NCBI GenBank assembly: GCA_964602665.1
Contig: CAZRRH010000003.1
Location: 66,963-130,962 of the forward strand
DNA: 64,000 nt
Origin: an uncultured Candidatus Saccharibacteria bacterium
GTDB taxonomy: Bacteria; Patescibacteriota; Dojkabacteria; SC72; WJKH01
Direction: 5' to 3'
Under the pieces are notes generated by a model. The model was not told where the DNA came from. It worked only from the letters and a program-made list of their open reading frames with translations, and made no database searches. Position 1 is the stretch's first letter. Every line of letters begins with the position of its first letter. This document shows, piece after piece, positions 39,001 through 48,209 of this stretch. The position numbers were made by a program, and so were the translations under genes.

Positions 39001-39050
39001 GAGTATTTGTAAAAACTAAAGCAGGAGGAGAGTATTGGAAACCAGAATAA
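36018..39050 (+). CDS. large (1010 aa) N-terminally anchored extracellular protein, unknown function
   Basis: Single N-terminal TM/signal (LLGIIFFLIVALFVSLFFG), then a long soluble region with multiple Cys. Confidence 0.4.
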   Translation: MDRKKKNVLLGIIFFLIVALFVSLFFGYKEVEKRNEENNLSVYNLESTAFVLVSNANHDLYIENGKIEECPQNDPTSITCVKYKYNADAFSYYEIVNVNPQTSYEIKSYKNSLYKFLDMKSGNILFQTKQIDENPEFPDSMFGKVLYGDGEGAANALVIVTSNEDDDFPPVATLTNDNGGYSVSFKQLNKNYLLKVSLVTVSGYKSDRLVASYDNKPVYDIVLETQNDMSLSSANYASKQSKSLISKVYADGNSCFDSGALGGISVQCSESVHWFRGLNPNECPASSAGSFRVGLVEHTHYTHLFVPSEGKVSLYLNELDSSGKVVNSSQNIDNGQKINASVLKDKVSYELKARIVDGSGNIIKECQDIDRGGPIIIKKDTPKTTHGEKEIENLNKTVEVCPKFGENFAVIPGEVRTEDMIKATNRLGMNWGEVIAVDLEGVDHYRDIVERASVVNMRIILRLCYRDKCELTNGSTYGQKVVETYKKLVSSGKAKNGIYVHVGHNEVNVTEYRLPAQEAKFMNDAIEVIAASGNLAMQSDGPGIHLLGPNLDLFFEGGGKPEYKKANEYVDALLSSGLSLDNAKKIQYWTGNVYIKDGKNDYTAKVFDHIKYLRGKGLNGKFIVTETGKINGGSWEALGDNIGTLIKSDDVAGVLIFNSFGLNPGLSGDASSIDYFAYHKELWDDYKSDKLTLHNSILDRAGCTQRVKVEIIEPGAPIDIVLKGIGGPVGEAQEDPPTSDPIPVSSDGVLGVSTTKDVLGAATMRLPEIGEFLITSSKYKILRPYVSRFSKEDRDVSAFFDTNKNLIKDEGEEFLTSMADFEYKKVGYVNKFDLAKGHNVISISLYPYDVLSAETLLNVINNQGGNATAIGYIENGSWKIFNRVNGVSYSKNFDIKSGMGLYIKSETDSTFTLRGDEYSQPVGVYLYKGWNLVGIHGSDKDYTFKSTLENIAKNELLEVESLAVWDKQSNKYKMFIYDGSSAYGDEDLPVTENTGVFVKTKAGGEYWKPE

Positions 39051-39051
39051 T

Positions 39052-39348
39052 ATGGAAGATTTAAAGGATATTATAAAGAGAGAGAAAGATAACATAGCGC
39101 AAAAGGCAAAATATGTTACCAAGGAGTATCAAGACTATGGATATCGCCTCGCTGTAAAGCTTGAAGATAAAAAACGTGTAGCTATGTATATAAAGCTTGC
39201 AAAAGAGCGGCCTAGAGTGGAACTTGAAAAGGCATACTCTTTTGCGATAGATTATCCAAACGCCAAAAATAAATCAAAACTATTTATGTGGAAATTAAAG
39301 GAAATGCACAAAGAATATAAGGAAAACGATAAAAAATCCGAATCTTAA
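39052..39348 (+). CDS. small basic hypothetical protein
   Basis: 98-aa K/E-rich ORF starting 2 bp after the preceding stop. Confidence 0.25.
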   Translation: MEDLKDIIKREKDNIAQKAKYVTKEYQDYGYRLAVKLEDKKRVAMYIKLAKERPRVELEKAYSFAIDYPNAKNKSKLFMWKLKEMHKEYKENDKKSES

Positions 39349-39370
39349 TTAAAATTTAAAATTTAAAAAA

Positions 39371-40675
39371 ATGTTGGACATAAAAAAGATAAGAGAGAAT
39401 CCGCAACTTGTTAAGGATGTATGCAAATGGAAAAATATTGAGCTTGATATTGATAAAATTATAGAATTAGATAAAAAACTAGGCTTTGTTAAAACACAGC
39501 TTGATCAAACTCGTGCTGAAAGAAATAATAACACGGATGCGATTAAAGCATCGGGATCAAAGCCAACAGAGGATGCCATAAAAAAAGGAAAAGAGCTAAA
39601 AGAAAAAATTGCAAAAACGGAGGCAGAGGTAGGCGCTTTAGAAGGTGAATTTTTTGCGTTAATGGCTAGGACACCTCAAATACCAGTAGAAGATACGCCA
39701 AAAGGCAAAGATGATTCTGAAAATGTTGAAGTTTATAAAAAAGGAGTAATTCCACAGTTTTCTTTTAAACCAAAGAATCATATTGAGCTTGCGAGAATGC
39801 ACGATTTGATAGATTTTGACCGAGGGACAAAAGTGGCAGGTTTTAGGGGGTATTTTCTCAAAAACGAAGCTGTTCTAATGCATGTTGGCCTTATGATGGA
39901 AGGGCTAAAAAGAATGGTAGCAAATGGCTATACAGTAGTTGTGCCTCCAACCGTTGTTCGAGAATTTAACTTGTTTGGGACGGGTCATTTTCCCTTTGCG
40001 CAGACAGATGTTTATCGTATAGAAAATAATAGCGAGGATGAGAGCGGAAAGATAGATAAAGAGAAGTATTATCTTGCAGGAACTGCAGAGGTTGGCATCG
40101 CTGGTATGTACTCAAATGAGACAATCGAGAGTGATAAATTACCTCTTAAAATATGTGGATTCTCACCTTGTTATCGCAGTGAGATTGGTAGCCATGGTCG
40201 CGACATGAAAGGTGTTTATCGCATACACGAGTTTTTAAAAATTGAGCAGTTTATTATTTGCGAAAATGATTATGAGATTTCTGAGAAATATCATCAAGAA
40301 CTTCTTGGACATTCTGAAAAATTCCTTGAAGATTTAGGATTACCATATCGAGTTATAAGACAGTGTACTGGTGATATGGGCGCAGGTAAATATAAAATGT
40401 TTGACATTGAGACATATATGCCTTGCCAAGAGAGTAGGAATTATTATGGCGAAACGCATTCAGCTTCTAATTTGGGTGATTGGCAGGCGCGACGACTTAG
40501 TATAAAATATGTTGGAAAGGATGGTAAGAAGCAATTTGTGCATACACTTAATAATACGATGGTTGCTTCTCCTAGGATTTTAATTGCGATATTGGAGAAT
40601 TATCAAAATGAGGATGGAAGTATAACGGTGCCTGATTTGCTTGTTCCTTATGTAGGAAAGAAAAGAATAGGGTAG
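39371..40675 (+). CDS. serS: seryl-tRNA synthetase
   Basis: N-terminal coiled-coil arm, class II motifs (FRGYFLKNEA, CYRSEIGSHGRD, GETHSASN). 434 aa. Confidence 0.9.
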   Translation: MLDIKKIRENPQLVKDVCKWKNIELDIDKIIELDKKLGFVKTQLDQTRAERNNNTDAIKASGSKPTEDAIKKGKELKEKIAKTEAEVGALEGEFFALMARTPQIPVEDTPKGKDDSENVEVYKKGVIPQFSFKPKNHIELARMHDLIDFDRGTKVAGFRGYFLKNEAVLMHVGLMMEGLKRMVANGYTVVVPPTVVREFNLFGTGHFPFAQTDVYRIENNSEDESGKIDKEKYYLAGTAEVGIAGMYSNETIESDKLPLKICGFSPCYRSEIGSHGRDMKGVYRIHEFLKIEQFIICENDYEISEKYHQELLGHSEKFLEDLGLPYRVIRQCTGDMGAGKYKMFDIETYMPCQESRNYYGETHSASNLGDWQARRLSIKYVGKDGKKQFVHTLNNTMVASPRILIAILENYQNEDGSITVPDLLVPYVGKKRIG

Positions 40676-40699
40676 TAATTGGGTGTTCTGAAAATTTTA

Positions 40700-41560
40700 T
40701 TAAACCTCAATAAAGAAGTATTGATCCGACTTTACCTTTTTAAACCAGGTAAGCTGTCTTTTAACATATTTGCAGGTATTAAGAAAAATTTGTTCTTTAA
40801 TCTCGCTTGTAGTTAGTAATCCTTGTTCAAACTCTGCAAAACCAATCGTTTTTGAAGGGAACATTTGTCTACCGGTATCTTTGATCATCTGTTTAACGTT
40901 TTTGTACTCGTTCTCAAGCCCTTGCTCAAACATAATATCTATGCGCAAGCGGATTCTTTCATATAACCAAGGAAGAGATTTTGGAATTAAGATAATATAA
41001 GCGTGATCAAGAGATTTGCCTTTATTATACTTCATACCAGTCCGCGACAGTAGCCTTGATAGACGATGTGGGTTATTTCGATCACTATTATTTAGAAGAG
41101 CAAGGTTATTGCCAAGCATTTTTTGCATTTCTTCTATCGACAAATTAGTAAAATTATTTTTTAGAGCCTCTTTTCGCAATTTGTAGTTTAAAAGCACACT
41201 ATCAATATATAATCCTGTTCCTCCGACAAAAATTGCTTTTTGTCCAATCTTCTGATTCATTAATCTAAAAGCGTCTTTTTGATAATCATATAAAGTATAG
41301 TTGTCAAAGATTGATTTATGCCCGTAAAGCCAGTGCTCAACTCCACTTATTACCCAGTGATCATTTTCTATCTTGTCGGCAATGGGCATAGCAGTTGCGA
41401 TGGGCAATTCTTTATAAACTTGTCTTGAGTCTGCATTGACAACATAAGCATTTAGTTTTGCTGCTAAATCGAGGGCTAAGTCGTTTTTGCCTATTGCGGT
41501 GGGGCCAGCAATTGCGATCACGGGTTTACCTAAAATTTCTTGATTAATCTTTTCTAGCAT
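40700..41560 (-). CDS. miaA: tRNA dimethylallyltransferase
   Basis: P-loop IAIAGPTAIGKND, ADSRQVYKELPI motif. Confidence 0.85.
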   Translation of the reverse strand: MLEKINQEILGKPVIAIAGPTAIGKNDLALDLAAKLNAYVVNADSRQVYKELPIATAMPIADKIENDHWVISGVEHWLYGHKSIFDNYTLYDYQKDAFRLMNQKIGQKAIFVGGTGLYIDSVLLNYKLRKEALKNNFTNLSIEEMQKMLGNNLALLNNSDRNNPHRLSRLLSRTGMKYNKGKSLDHAYIILIPKSLPWLYERIRLRIDIMFEQGLENEYKNVKQMIKDTGRQMFPSKTIGFAEFEQGLLTTSEIKEQIFLNTCKYVKRQLTWFKKVKSDQYFFIEV

Positions 41561-42803
41561 TGAGGTAAATTGTTAAATTCTGCAGGTATAACTTGAAAAA
41601 CTCCAAAATCACCTCAGATAAGAGAATTACCCATATCAATTTATTAGCAATTATATCTACAAAACCAACCCCTGTAATAAAAAGCGGTACTAATAATGGA
41701 GCTAATATCGTGATAGCTATTATCGCAAGTAGCTTTATAACTCTTGCGTCAATTGATTTAATGAGTGAGGATGCGAAATTATTGATAATTATAACTACTC
41801 CGCAGGCTATTATTGTAAAAAGATCGATTGCTGAATTTGTTATTTTTAAATATGCAAGCCAAACGGATAATGTCAAAATTGTACTAAAAAGCATTATAAG
41901 AGAAACCCTGTATTTGTTTTTGTTAAGGACACCAAGAATTATTGCCACAAGAACAGTTAGTAGGGCAAAAGCAGCTGTTAGGTTACTGTAATTATTGTTT
42001 ATAAACTCAAAAAAGCCATAAGGTTGTACATTACTTTGTGTTTCTTCTGATGTTGTTGTGATTTTTGTACCAATTGGTTTAGTGTTAAATATTGCACTGC
42101 TTAGAAGCTTGTCTTTTTCATCTGAGCCTACTCCGACAACAAGATCTGGCCCGTTAACCTGATAAGGCGTGACATATCCAAAGATATTAATGCCGATCTG
42201 TTTTCCTTGGTTATTTGTTATAAAGGCTTCAATCTCGTCTTGTTTATCAATGGTGGGCTTAAAAACCAAGAAGTATGCTAATCCTCCTTGCGAAGTGGGA
42301 GATTGCCTTACTATAATTCTTCTAAAATAGTCCCTGTTAATATCTGTCTTGTCATAACTATCTTCTATGTATGCGGCGATAATATTGTTTTCATCATTAA
42401 GATCAATTTCCTCTTTTAATGTAAGAACACTTATCGAGCCATCAGTTGATAATAATGATTGGATCATATATTGATCCTTTGTGCTCCAAGTCATGACTTC
42501 TATTGATTCATCGTCTTTTTTTTCGATATTAAATCTCTCTATTTCTGCTTGCGTAAGTCTTGATTTAACGATGGAGATATAATTATCTGATTGTCCTTTG
42601 TCTTCTAATTCTATTTTAAATCGCTCATATGAGTATAGCTGAGATTTCAGACTAAGATTATATGTATACTGTGCAATATAGTTCTCTGTAAACGGGATTG
42701 ATATAAAAAATATTGTTATAAAGATTGCTGTTAATATCGAAAGTGCTGATAAAATGCCGATACTTTTTAGCTGTTTTAATACCTTATCTTTATTGAGTTT
42801 CAT
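41544..42803 (-). CDS. integral membrane protein (N-terminal TM, large extracytoplasmic domain, C-terminal multi-TM bundle; SecD/F-like topology)
   Basis: Topology only. No signature motifs recognised. Confidence 0.3.
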   Translation of the reverse strand: MKLNKDKVLKQLKSIGILSALSILTAIFITIFFISIPFTENYIAQYTYNLSLKSQLYSYERFKIELEDKGQSDNYISIVKSRLTQAEIERFNIEKKDDESIEVMTWSTKDQYMIQSLLSTDGSISVLTLKEEIDLNDENNIIAAYIEDSYDKTDINRDYFRRIIVRQSPTSQGGLAYFLVFKPTIDKQDEIEAFITNNQGKQIGINIFGYVTPYQVNGPDLVVGVGSDEKDKLLSSAIFNTKPIGTKITTTSEETQSNVQPYGFFEFINNNYSNLTAAFALLTVLVAIILGVLNKNKYRVSLIMLFSTILTLSVWLAYLKITNSAIDLFTIIACGVVIIINNFASSLIKSIDARVIKLLAIIAITILAPLLVPLFITGVGFVDIIANKLIWVILLSEVILEFFKLYLQNLTIYLNARKD

Positions 42804-42805
42804 AA

Positions 42806-43378
42806 TTATAGTAGGTCGCTATCTTTGCCTATTAAGATTAATTTATCTGTCCTTATTGTATTGTAAACAATATCTTCTTTGCTCTTCTTGCGGAAATCGA
42901 ACTCCTCTGGTTTAAAAAGGGCAACTCTTATTGTCCTGCCAAGATCCTGCTCTAAACCTTCAATATGGCGATTAAGCGTATTTACCTCTGGCAGACCGAC
43001 TATTAATAAATCGACATCTTTATCACTGCTGTATTTTTGTGAGAAAAAGTGTCCTGACAGAATCGCAATTTTTATGTTTTCTATTTTTGTAATGGCTTTA
43101 TGGATTGCAAGAACGCTAGGGTCTGATTTGCGAAGCATAGATTTAAGTTCTGACAATATTGGGCATTGTTCATTTAGTGAATAAACTACTTTATTCCCTT
43201 CTTTAACTGCTTTTAATATTCCGGCCTTTTCTAAGTTTACCAGCTCTCGTCTAATCGCATTTATTTCTTCGTTTAGTTCTCTTACGACTCCTCTTACATG
43301 ATTTTTGTGGTCATTGGACAAGAGAAATAATCGCAAGATCTTAATTCTTACTTTTGATATAAATATTTTATCTAGCAT
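42806..43378 (-). CDS. winged-HTH plus nucleotidyltransferase-domain fusion protein
   Basis: N-terminal ArsR-like wHTH (RIKILRLFL...VRGVVREL). C-terminal NTase-like SDKDVDLLIVG motif. Confidence 0.4.
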   Translation of the reverse strand: MLDKIFISKVRIKILRLFLLSNDHKNHVRGVVRELNEEINAIRRELVNLEKAGILKAVKEGNKVVYSLNEQCPILSELKSMLRKSDPSVLAIHKAITKIENIKIAILSGHFFSQKYSSDKDVDLLIVGLPEVNTLNRHIEGLEQDLGRTIRVALFKPEEFDFRKKSKEDIVYNTIRTDKLILIGKDSDLL

Positions 43379-43399
43379 AAAACCGTTATTAAAAATTAA

Positions 43400-44650
43400 T
43401 TATTGCTTTATTATCGTAAAACTCCCTCTGCTTGAAGGTATTATTTGTATCCAAATTTGTCCTCTATTGAATACAAACTCGCTACCATCTTCTGCATAAA
43501 AAAGTGTTCTTTCAGTGCGAGATTCTTTTTTCCATGTTGCAGAATAAATCTTGCCATCTTGCAAAATTTTTGCATTCCCTTCATCAATAACTTCCATGAT
43601 TATCCTGCCTGACGGGTCGGGAGGTGTTAAATATCCTGCTTCTTGTACGATTACGACCTTTGGTTCTTGTTGCAATTTAGTTTTTTGGTCAATATCTTTT
43701 TTGCCACCAATCTCTCTTAAATACTTATTTGTGGCACTATTATAAATCCAAAGAGCGCTATACTGATTTACGCCTCCTCCATCTGGTGTAAAGGAAACAC
43801 GGACTTCTGTTTGTTTACCTCTTTCGTCAACGTCAGCATCTTTTTTAAAAAGCCAGCTCCTTGTCGGGCCAAAGCCTGTCCATCCATCCTTACTTTTTGC
43901 ATACTCCCAAACCTTCACAGGAGACATGTATTCATTGTGGGGAGCGTATCTTACGCCATCATTCCATCGCCATGCGCCATAAGTTCTTGCTGTCTTAACA
44001 CCATATTTCGAGAGGTTGCCGAGCGCGTCCAGTCGTGGATCATCTGAATATGCTTGACCATCATGAGATAAAATAGCGTCGTATTCTCCAACTATTTCTA
44101 AATAATAATTTCTTACGCTTCTTATTGGACCTACCTCTTCTACTTTATTTGACCAAAAAATCGGCATATATCTTGTAATTCCTGATTCGACAAGCGTTTC
44201 ATACACGATATCTGCTTGTGATAAATTAGACTGTGGACGCGAAAAAGCTAGATTATTAACCATAACGGCAAGAGGTCTTCTTTGCATCATTTCCTCCATT
44301 TGAGTTTTGGTGAATAGTACGCCATTAAGAGGACTTGGTTCTGTCCTTGGCATGCCAATTTGCAACTGTGTTGAATAATTTATATCAGGAGCTGTTGTTG
44401 TACTATTTACATATACATAATTATCATAGAAATTAATAACAGAAGATGCTTTTGGTGTGTAGTCAAAAATCTCGATTTGTAGGTAAACGATAGCGGCAAT
44501 TCCAACGACAATACCTATTCCGTACAGTATTCTAATAGCAATTGATTTTTTAGAAATAGTTTTCTTCTCTTCTGTGATCAAGGTTTGTGCAAGGTCTGGT
44601 GTTTCTTTTATCTCGGGGGTAGCCAAAGCATTTAAGTCAATTTGTTTCAT
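43400..44650 (-). CDS. DUF3048-family (YerB-like) membrane-anchored protein
   Basis: N-terminal TM. LAVMVNNLAFSRPQSNLSQADIVYE matches the DUF3048 N-terminal domain signature. Confidence 0.5.
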   Translation of the reverse strand: MKQIDLNALATPEIKETPDLAQTLITEEKKTISKKSIAIRILYGIGIVVGIAAIVYLQIEIFDYTPKASSVINFYDNYVYVNSTTTAPDINYSTQLQIGMPRTEPSPLNGVLFTKTQMEEMMQRRPLAVMVNNLAFSRPQSNLSQADIVYETLVESGITRYMPIFWSNKVEEVGPIRSVRNYYLEIVGEYDAILSHDGQAYSDDPRLDALGNLSKYGVKTARTYGAWRWNDGVRYAPHNEYMSPVKVWEYAKSKDGWTGFGPTRSWLFKKDADVDERGKQTEVRVSFTPDGGGVNQYSALWIYNSATNKYLREIGGKKDIDQKTKLQQEPKVVIVQEAGYLTPPDPSGRIIMEVIDEGNAKILQDGKIYSATWKKESRTERTLFYAEDGSEFVFNRGQIWIQIIPSSRGSFTIIKQ

Positions 44651-44712
44651 AGCTTGATTTTAGCATAAAATTTAACTTTTTAAAACATCCCATATATGAT
44701 AGAATAGAGCGA

Positions 44713-46002
44713 ATGAAATACTATGTCAAGACTTACGGTTGCGCGATGAATTATGCCGATAGTAATAACATTAGAAATATTCTAAATCAGTGCGGTTTAA
44801 TTGAAACAAAAAACCTCCAAGACGCTAATTATCTTATAATAAATTCTTGTTCCATAAGAAAGCAGGCAGAAGATAAAGTTGAAGGTTGGAAAATGAAATT
44901 AAAAAAGAAAGGAATTAAGCCTGATAAGATCATCCTTACAGGCTGTATGGCATCAAGATATAATCGTCAGACAAATGAAATAGAAAAAAAATATTCTCAA
45001 AATTTAAAAAAAAGATTTCCTTGGATTGATGAAATAATACCAATAGAAGAAATTGACAAGATATCATCCGCCCTAAAAAAGGAATGTTATGACGTAGAAT
45101 ACAAATCGTTTTGTAATGATCCTGTAACAGATGGATTTAACGCTATGGTTCCGATATCCTCAGGATGTGATAACTTTTGCTCTTACTGCATAGTTCCTTA
45201 TACAAGGGGTAGACAAGCTAACCTTGATTGTGGTATAATTATAGACAGAGTTAAGCTTGCTGTAAGCAAAGGTTACAGACTGATAACATTGCTAGGCCAA
45301 AATGTTAATAGTTGGCAAAATGTAACAAAAGAAAGCGGCCTTGACTTTGCGGATCTTTTAAAAAAAGTTTGTGCTGTTGATGGAGATTTTTGGGTTAACT
45401 TTTTATCGTCAAATCCTATGGATTGGACTGATAAATTAACAGAAACTTTAGTTTCTGAATCCAAAATAATGAAATGGTGTAATATTGCAGTACAATCGGG
45501 TTCGGATAAGATACTTAAGAAGATGAATCGTAAATATTCGGTTAAAAGATTTATTGAAATTGTAAATAGCCTCAAAAAGCGTGATGCTGATTTTCGCGTT
45601 TTCACAGATCTAATTGTAGGTTTTAGTGGTGAAAGCGAGCAAGATTGGCAAAACTCCCTTGATTTAATAAGTAAAATGGACATAGAGATGGTTTACTCTG
45701 GTAAATACTCTGTTAGAGAGGGTACTTCTGCTAGTAAATATTGTGATGATGATGTTAAGTTGTCCAAGAAGGTTGAGCGTGAAAAACAGCTTGCGAAGCT
45801 TGTCAATGAGAACCGATTAAGGTCGCATAGTATGTGGGCTGGTAAAAAGATGAAAGTTTTGATACAATATAACAACAGAGGGGTTTCATACTACAACCAC
45901 GATGTCATTTTTGATAGTGTTGACGATGGTTTGTTAGGTAGCTTTTGTGAGGTTGTTGTAACAGATGCTAATGTTAAAGGGTTGATGGTTAAATTGATAT
46001 AG
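44713..46002 (+). CDS. MiaB/RimO-family radical-SAM methylthiotransferase
   Basis: MTTase N-domain cysteines (YGCAMN, NSCSIR, TGCMA). Radical-SAM CDNFCSYC. C-terminal TRAM-like region. Confidence 0.7.
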   Translation: MKYYVKTYGCAMNYADSNNIRNILNQCGLIETKNLQDANYLIINSCSIRKQAEDKVEGWKMKLKKKGIKPDKIILTGCMASRYNRQTNEIEKKYSQNLKKRFPWIDEIIPIEEIDKISSALKKECYDVEYKSFCNDPVTDGFNAMVPISSGCDNFCSYCIVPYTRGRQANLDCGIIIDRVKLAVSKGYRLITLLGQNVNSWQNVTKESGLDFADLLKKVCAVDGDFWVNFLSSNPMDWTDKLTETLVSESKIMKWCNIAVQSGSDKILKKMNRKYSVKRFIEIVNSLKKRDADFRVFTDLIVGFSGESEQDWQNSLDLISKMDIEMVYSGKYSVREGTSASKYCDDDVKLSKKVEREKQLAKLVNENRLRSHSMWAGKKMKVLIQYNNRGVSYYNHDVIFDSVDDGLLGSFCEVVVTDANVKGLMVKLI

Positions 46003-46012
46003 GAAAAAAGTT

Positions 46013-47500
46013 ATGATTGATAAAATAGTTAGAAAACTAAAAAGATTCATATTAAAAAATTCTGTTATTGGCATATTCGTTTTTAGAAACATTCCTGCCA
46101 ATGTTTTAAAAAACATTAGCTACTTTTACGCTAAGAAAACATTTAAAAGGGCTTTAAATATTAATGCTTATAGAGATTTTATAGAAAAGGTTGAAGGAGT
46201 AAGCAAAAACATGCTTGTTAAAGATTTCAATAAAATTCCAATAATAGATAAAGATTCTTATATTAAGAAATACAGCATATTTGATAGATCTTACCCTGTT
46301 AATCCTGCGTTCTTTTACAGAAGCTCCGGATATTCGGGCGAACCAATTTTTTGGTCTCAGTCAAAAGATGAAATATTAGATTTCTTTCATTATGTTGATT
46401 TTAATATGCAAAGCATATTTCAGATAAACAGAAAAAAAACTCTGATAATATCTCTTTTTGCCTTAAGTAGCTGGGTTACAGGCCAGGAAGTATTATCTGC
46501 ATTGAATTACATAGCATTAAGAAATAAACATGTCACATATTTTGCATCTAACATGGATTATAAGGAAGGAATAGAAATGGTTGAGAAAGTTGGAAAAGAT
46601 TTTGAACAAATCATCGTTATGTCTTACCCTATAACTTTAAAGACCTTTGTCGAAGATTTGAAAGAACGTACTGAAGAATCGATATTGAAAAAGATAAGAA
46701 TTGTTGTTGGTGCAGAGGGGGTAACATATGAATGGTGTAAATACATAGAAAATCTTTTAGGAAAAGAAAAATCATTAGGGCATGTGGTTTATTCTGCATT
46801 TGGGGCGGCTGATATTGGAATAGGATTCGGTGCTGAACAAGATTTTTCTTTATACTTAAAAGATCGATTGTATGAGAATAAAGAATTGAGGAAAAGCTTG
46901 CTAGGTAGCTTGGAAATGCCTCTACATATTTTTCAATATGATCCAACTAGTGTCTATGTGGAGAATGTTAATGGCGATTTCGTTGTAACTATAGATAAAC
47001 AGGTCCCTCTTGTAAGGTATAATTTACATGATTCAATAAAATCTTTTACTTTTGAAGAAATAAAAAAGAAAATGAAAGCGTTAGGAATTAACATTAAACA
47101 AGAGACTAGAGGTATGAATATAATGAAATTACCTTTTCTTGCTGTATACGGCCGATCTGATGATACAATAATACTTAATGGAGCAAATATATATGTTAAT
47201 TCTTTTAAAGAAGCGCTTCAAAAAGAAGAAATTGTTAAGTATCATACTGGGAAATTTAGAGTTCATGTTGTGGAAGATGAAAAGTTGTTTCAGAATTTTA
47301 AAGTTGAAATAGAGCTTAGAGATAATATAAAGGAAAGTCCGGAACTAAAAGTAAAAATAAGGGAACATATAGTTTCTTTTTTGCTGAATCATGATAAAGG
47401 ATATAAAGATGCTTATCATAATCCGTACGCATCAGATAGAGCATGTATCATAGAATTTGTTAAATTCAATGAAACCTCTATAAAGCATAAATATGTTTAA
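46013..47500 (+). CDS. putative adenylate-forming enzyme (PaaK/F390-synthetase-like)
   Basis: YRSSGYSGEP resembles the SSGTTG(K/E)P AMP-binding motif. 495 aa. Confidence 0.3.
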   Translation: MIDKIVRKLKRFILKNSVIGIFVFRNIPANVLKNISYFYAKKTFKRALNINAYRDFIEKVEGVSKNMLVKDFNKIPIIDKDSYIKKYSIFDRSYPVNPAFFYRSSGYSGEPIFWSQSKDEILDFFHYVDFNMQSIFQINRKKTLIISLFALSSWVTGQEVLSALNYIALRNKHVTYFASNMDYKEGIEMVEKVGKDFEQIIVMSYPITLKTFVEDLKERTEESILKKIRIVVGAEGVTYEWCKYIENLLGKEKSLGHVVYSAFGAADIGIGFGAEQDFSLYLKDRLYENKELRKSLLGSLEMPLHIFQYDPTSVYVENVNGDFVVTIDKQVPLVRYNLHDSIKSFTFEEIKKKMKALGINIKQETRGMNIMKLPFLAVYGRSDDTIILNGANIYVNSFKEALQKEEIVKYHTGKFRVHVVEDEKLFQNFKVEIELRDNIKESPELKVKIREHIVSFLLNHDKGYKDAYHNPYASDRACIIEFVKFNETSIKHKYV

Positions 47501-48209
47501 AAAGGGAGATATTTGGAATAAATATTCTTATGACTATGATAACCTAAATAGTCTTCTTGCTTATAAGGAACTTTTAGAAAAAATTATAAGTATAATTAAT
47601 AAATATTGTAACCAAGACAAAAGATGTAAAATTGTAGATCTTGGCTGTGGAACAGGTAGTTTATCAATCTCTCTTTCCAATCGATTTAAAAAATCACAAA
47701 TTATATCTATAGACAATAGTGATTCGATGCTAGCAGTTTTAAAAAGAAAGATTGATTTTAATAAGATTGAAAATATTGATGTTTTAAAAGCAGATATTAA
47801 AAAATTGACTAGCTATAAAAATCTTACCGATGCAGATGTGTATATCATGAACAATGTCCTTTATACTATAGGAGAAAAAGAAAAATTCCTTGAAAATCTT
47901 TCTAAATTACTTCGTAAAAAGTCCATTCTTATAATATCAGATCCAAAGCCGGTTATGGAATATAAATATGTTTCAATTATAAAAAAGCAATTCTCTTCGA
48001 TTAAGATCTTTTGGCAATCTTTAAGGTTGATTCCCTCATTTATAAGAATATACGTAAGTAATAAGGAAATAGATAAAAAATATGTCAGATATAGTAAAAA
48101 TAAGTATATAGAAATTTTTCATAAATCAGGGTATGATATATTGCACAGTGAGTACACCTATGCTGATCAAGCTAATTTATTTGTTTTGAAAAAGAATGAA
48201 TATTGTTGA
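47493..48209 (+). CDS. class I SAM-dependent methyltransferase
   Basis: VDLGCGTGSLS motif I. Start overlaps the preceding gene. Confidence 0.6.
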   Translation: MFKKGDIWNKYSYDYDNLNSLLAYKELLEKIISIINKYCNQDKRCKIVDLGCGTGSLSISLSNRFKKSQIISIDNSDSMLAVLKRKIDFNKIENIDVLKADIKKLTSYKNLTDADVYIMNNVLYTIGEKEKFLENLSKLLRKKSILIISDPKPVMEYKYVSIIKKQFSSIKIFWQSLRLIPSFIRIYVSNKEIDKKYVRYSKNKYIEIFHKSGYDILHSEYTYADQANLFVLKKNEYC

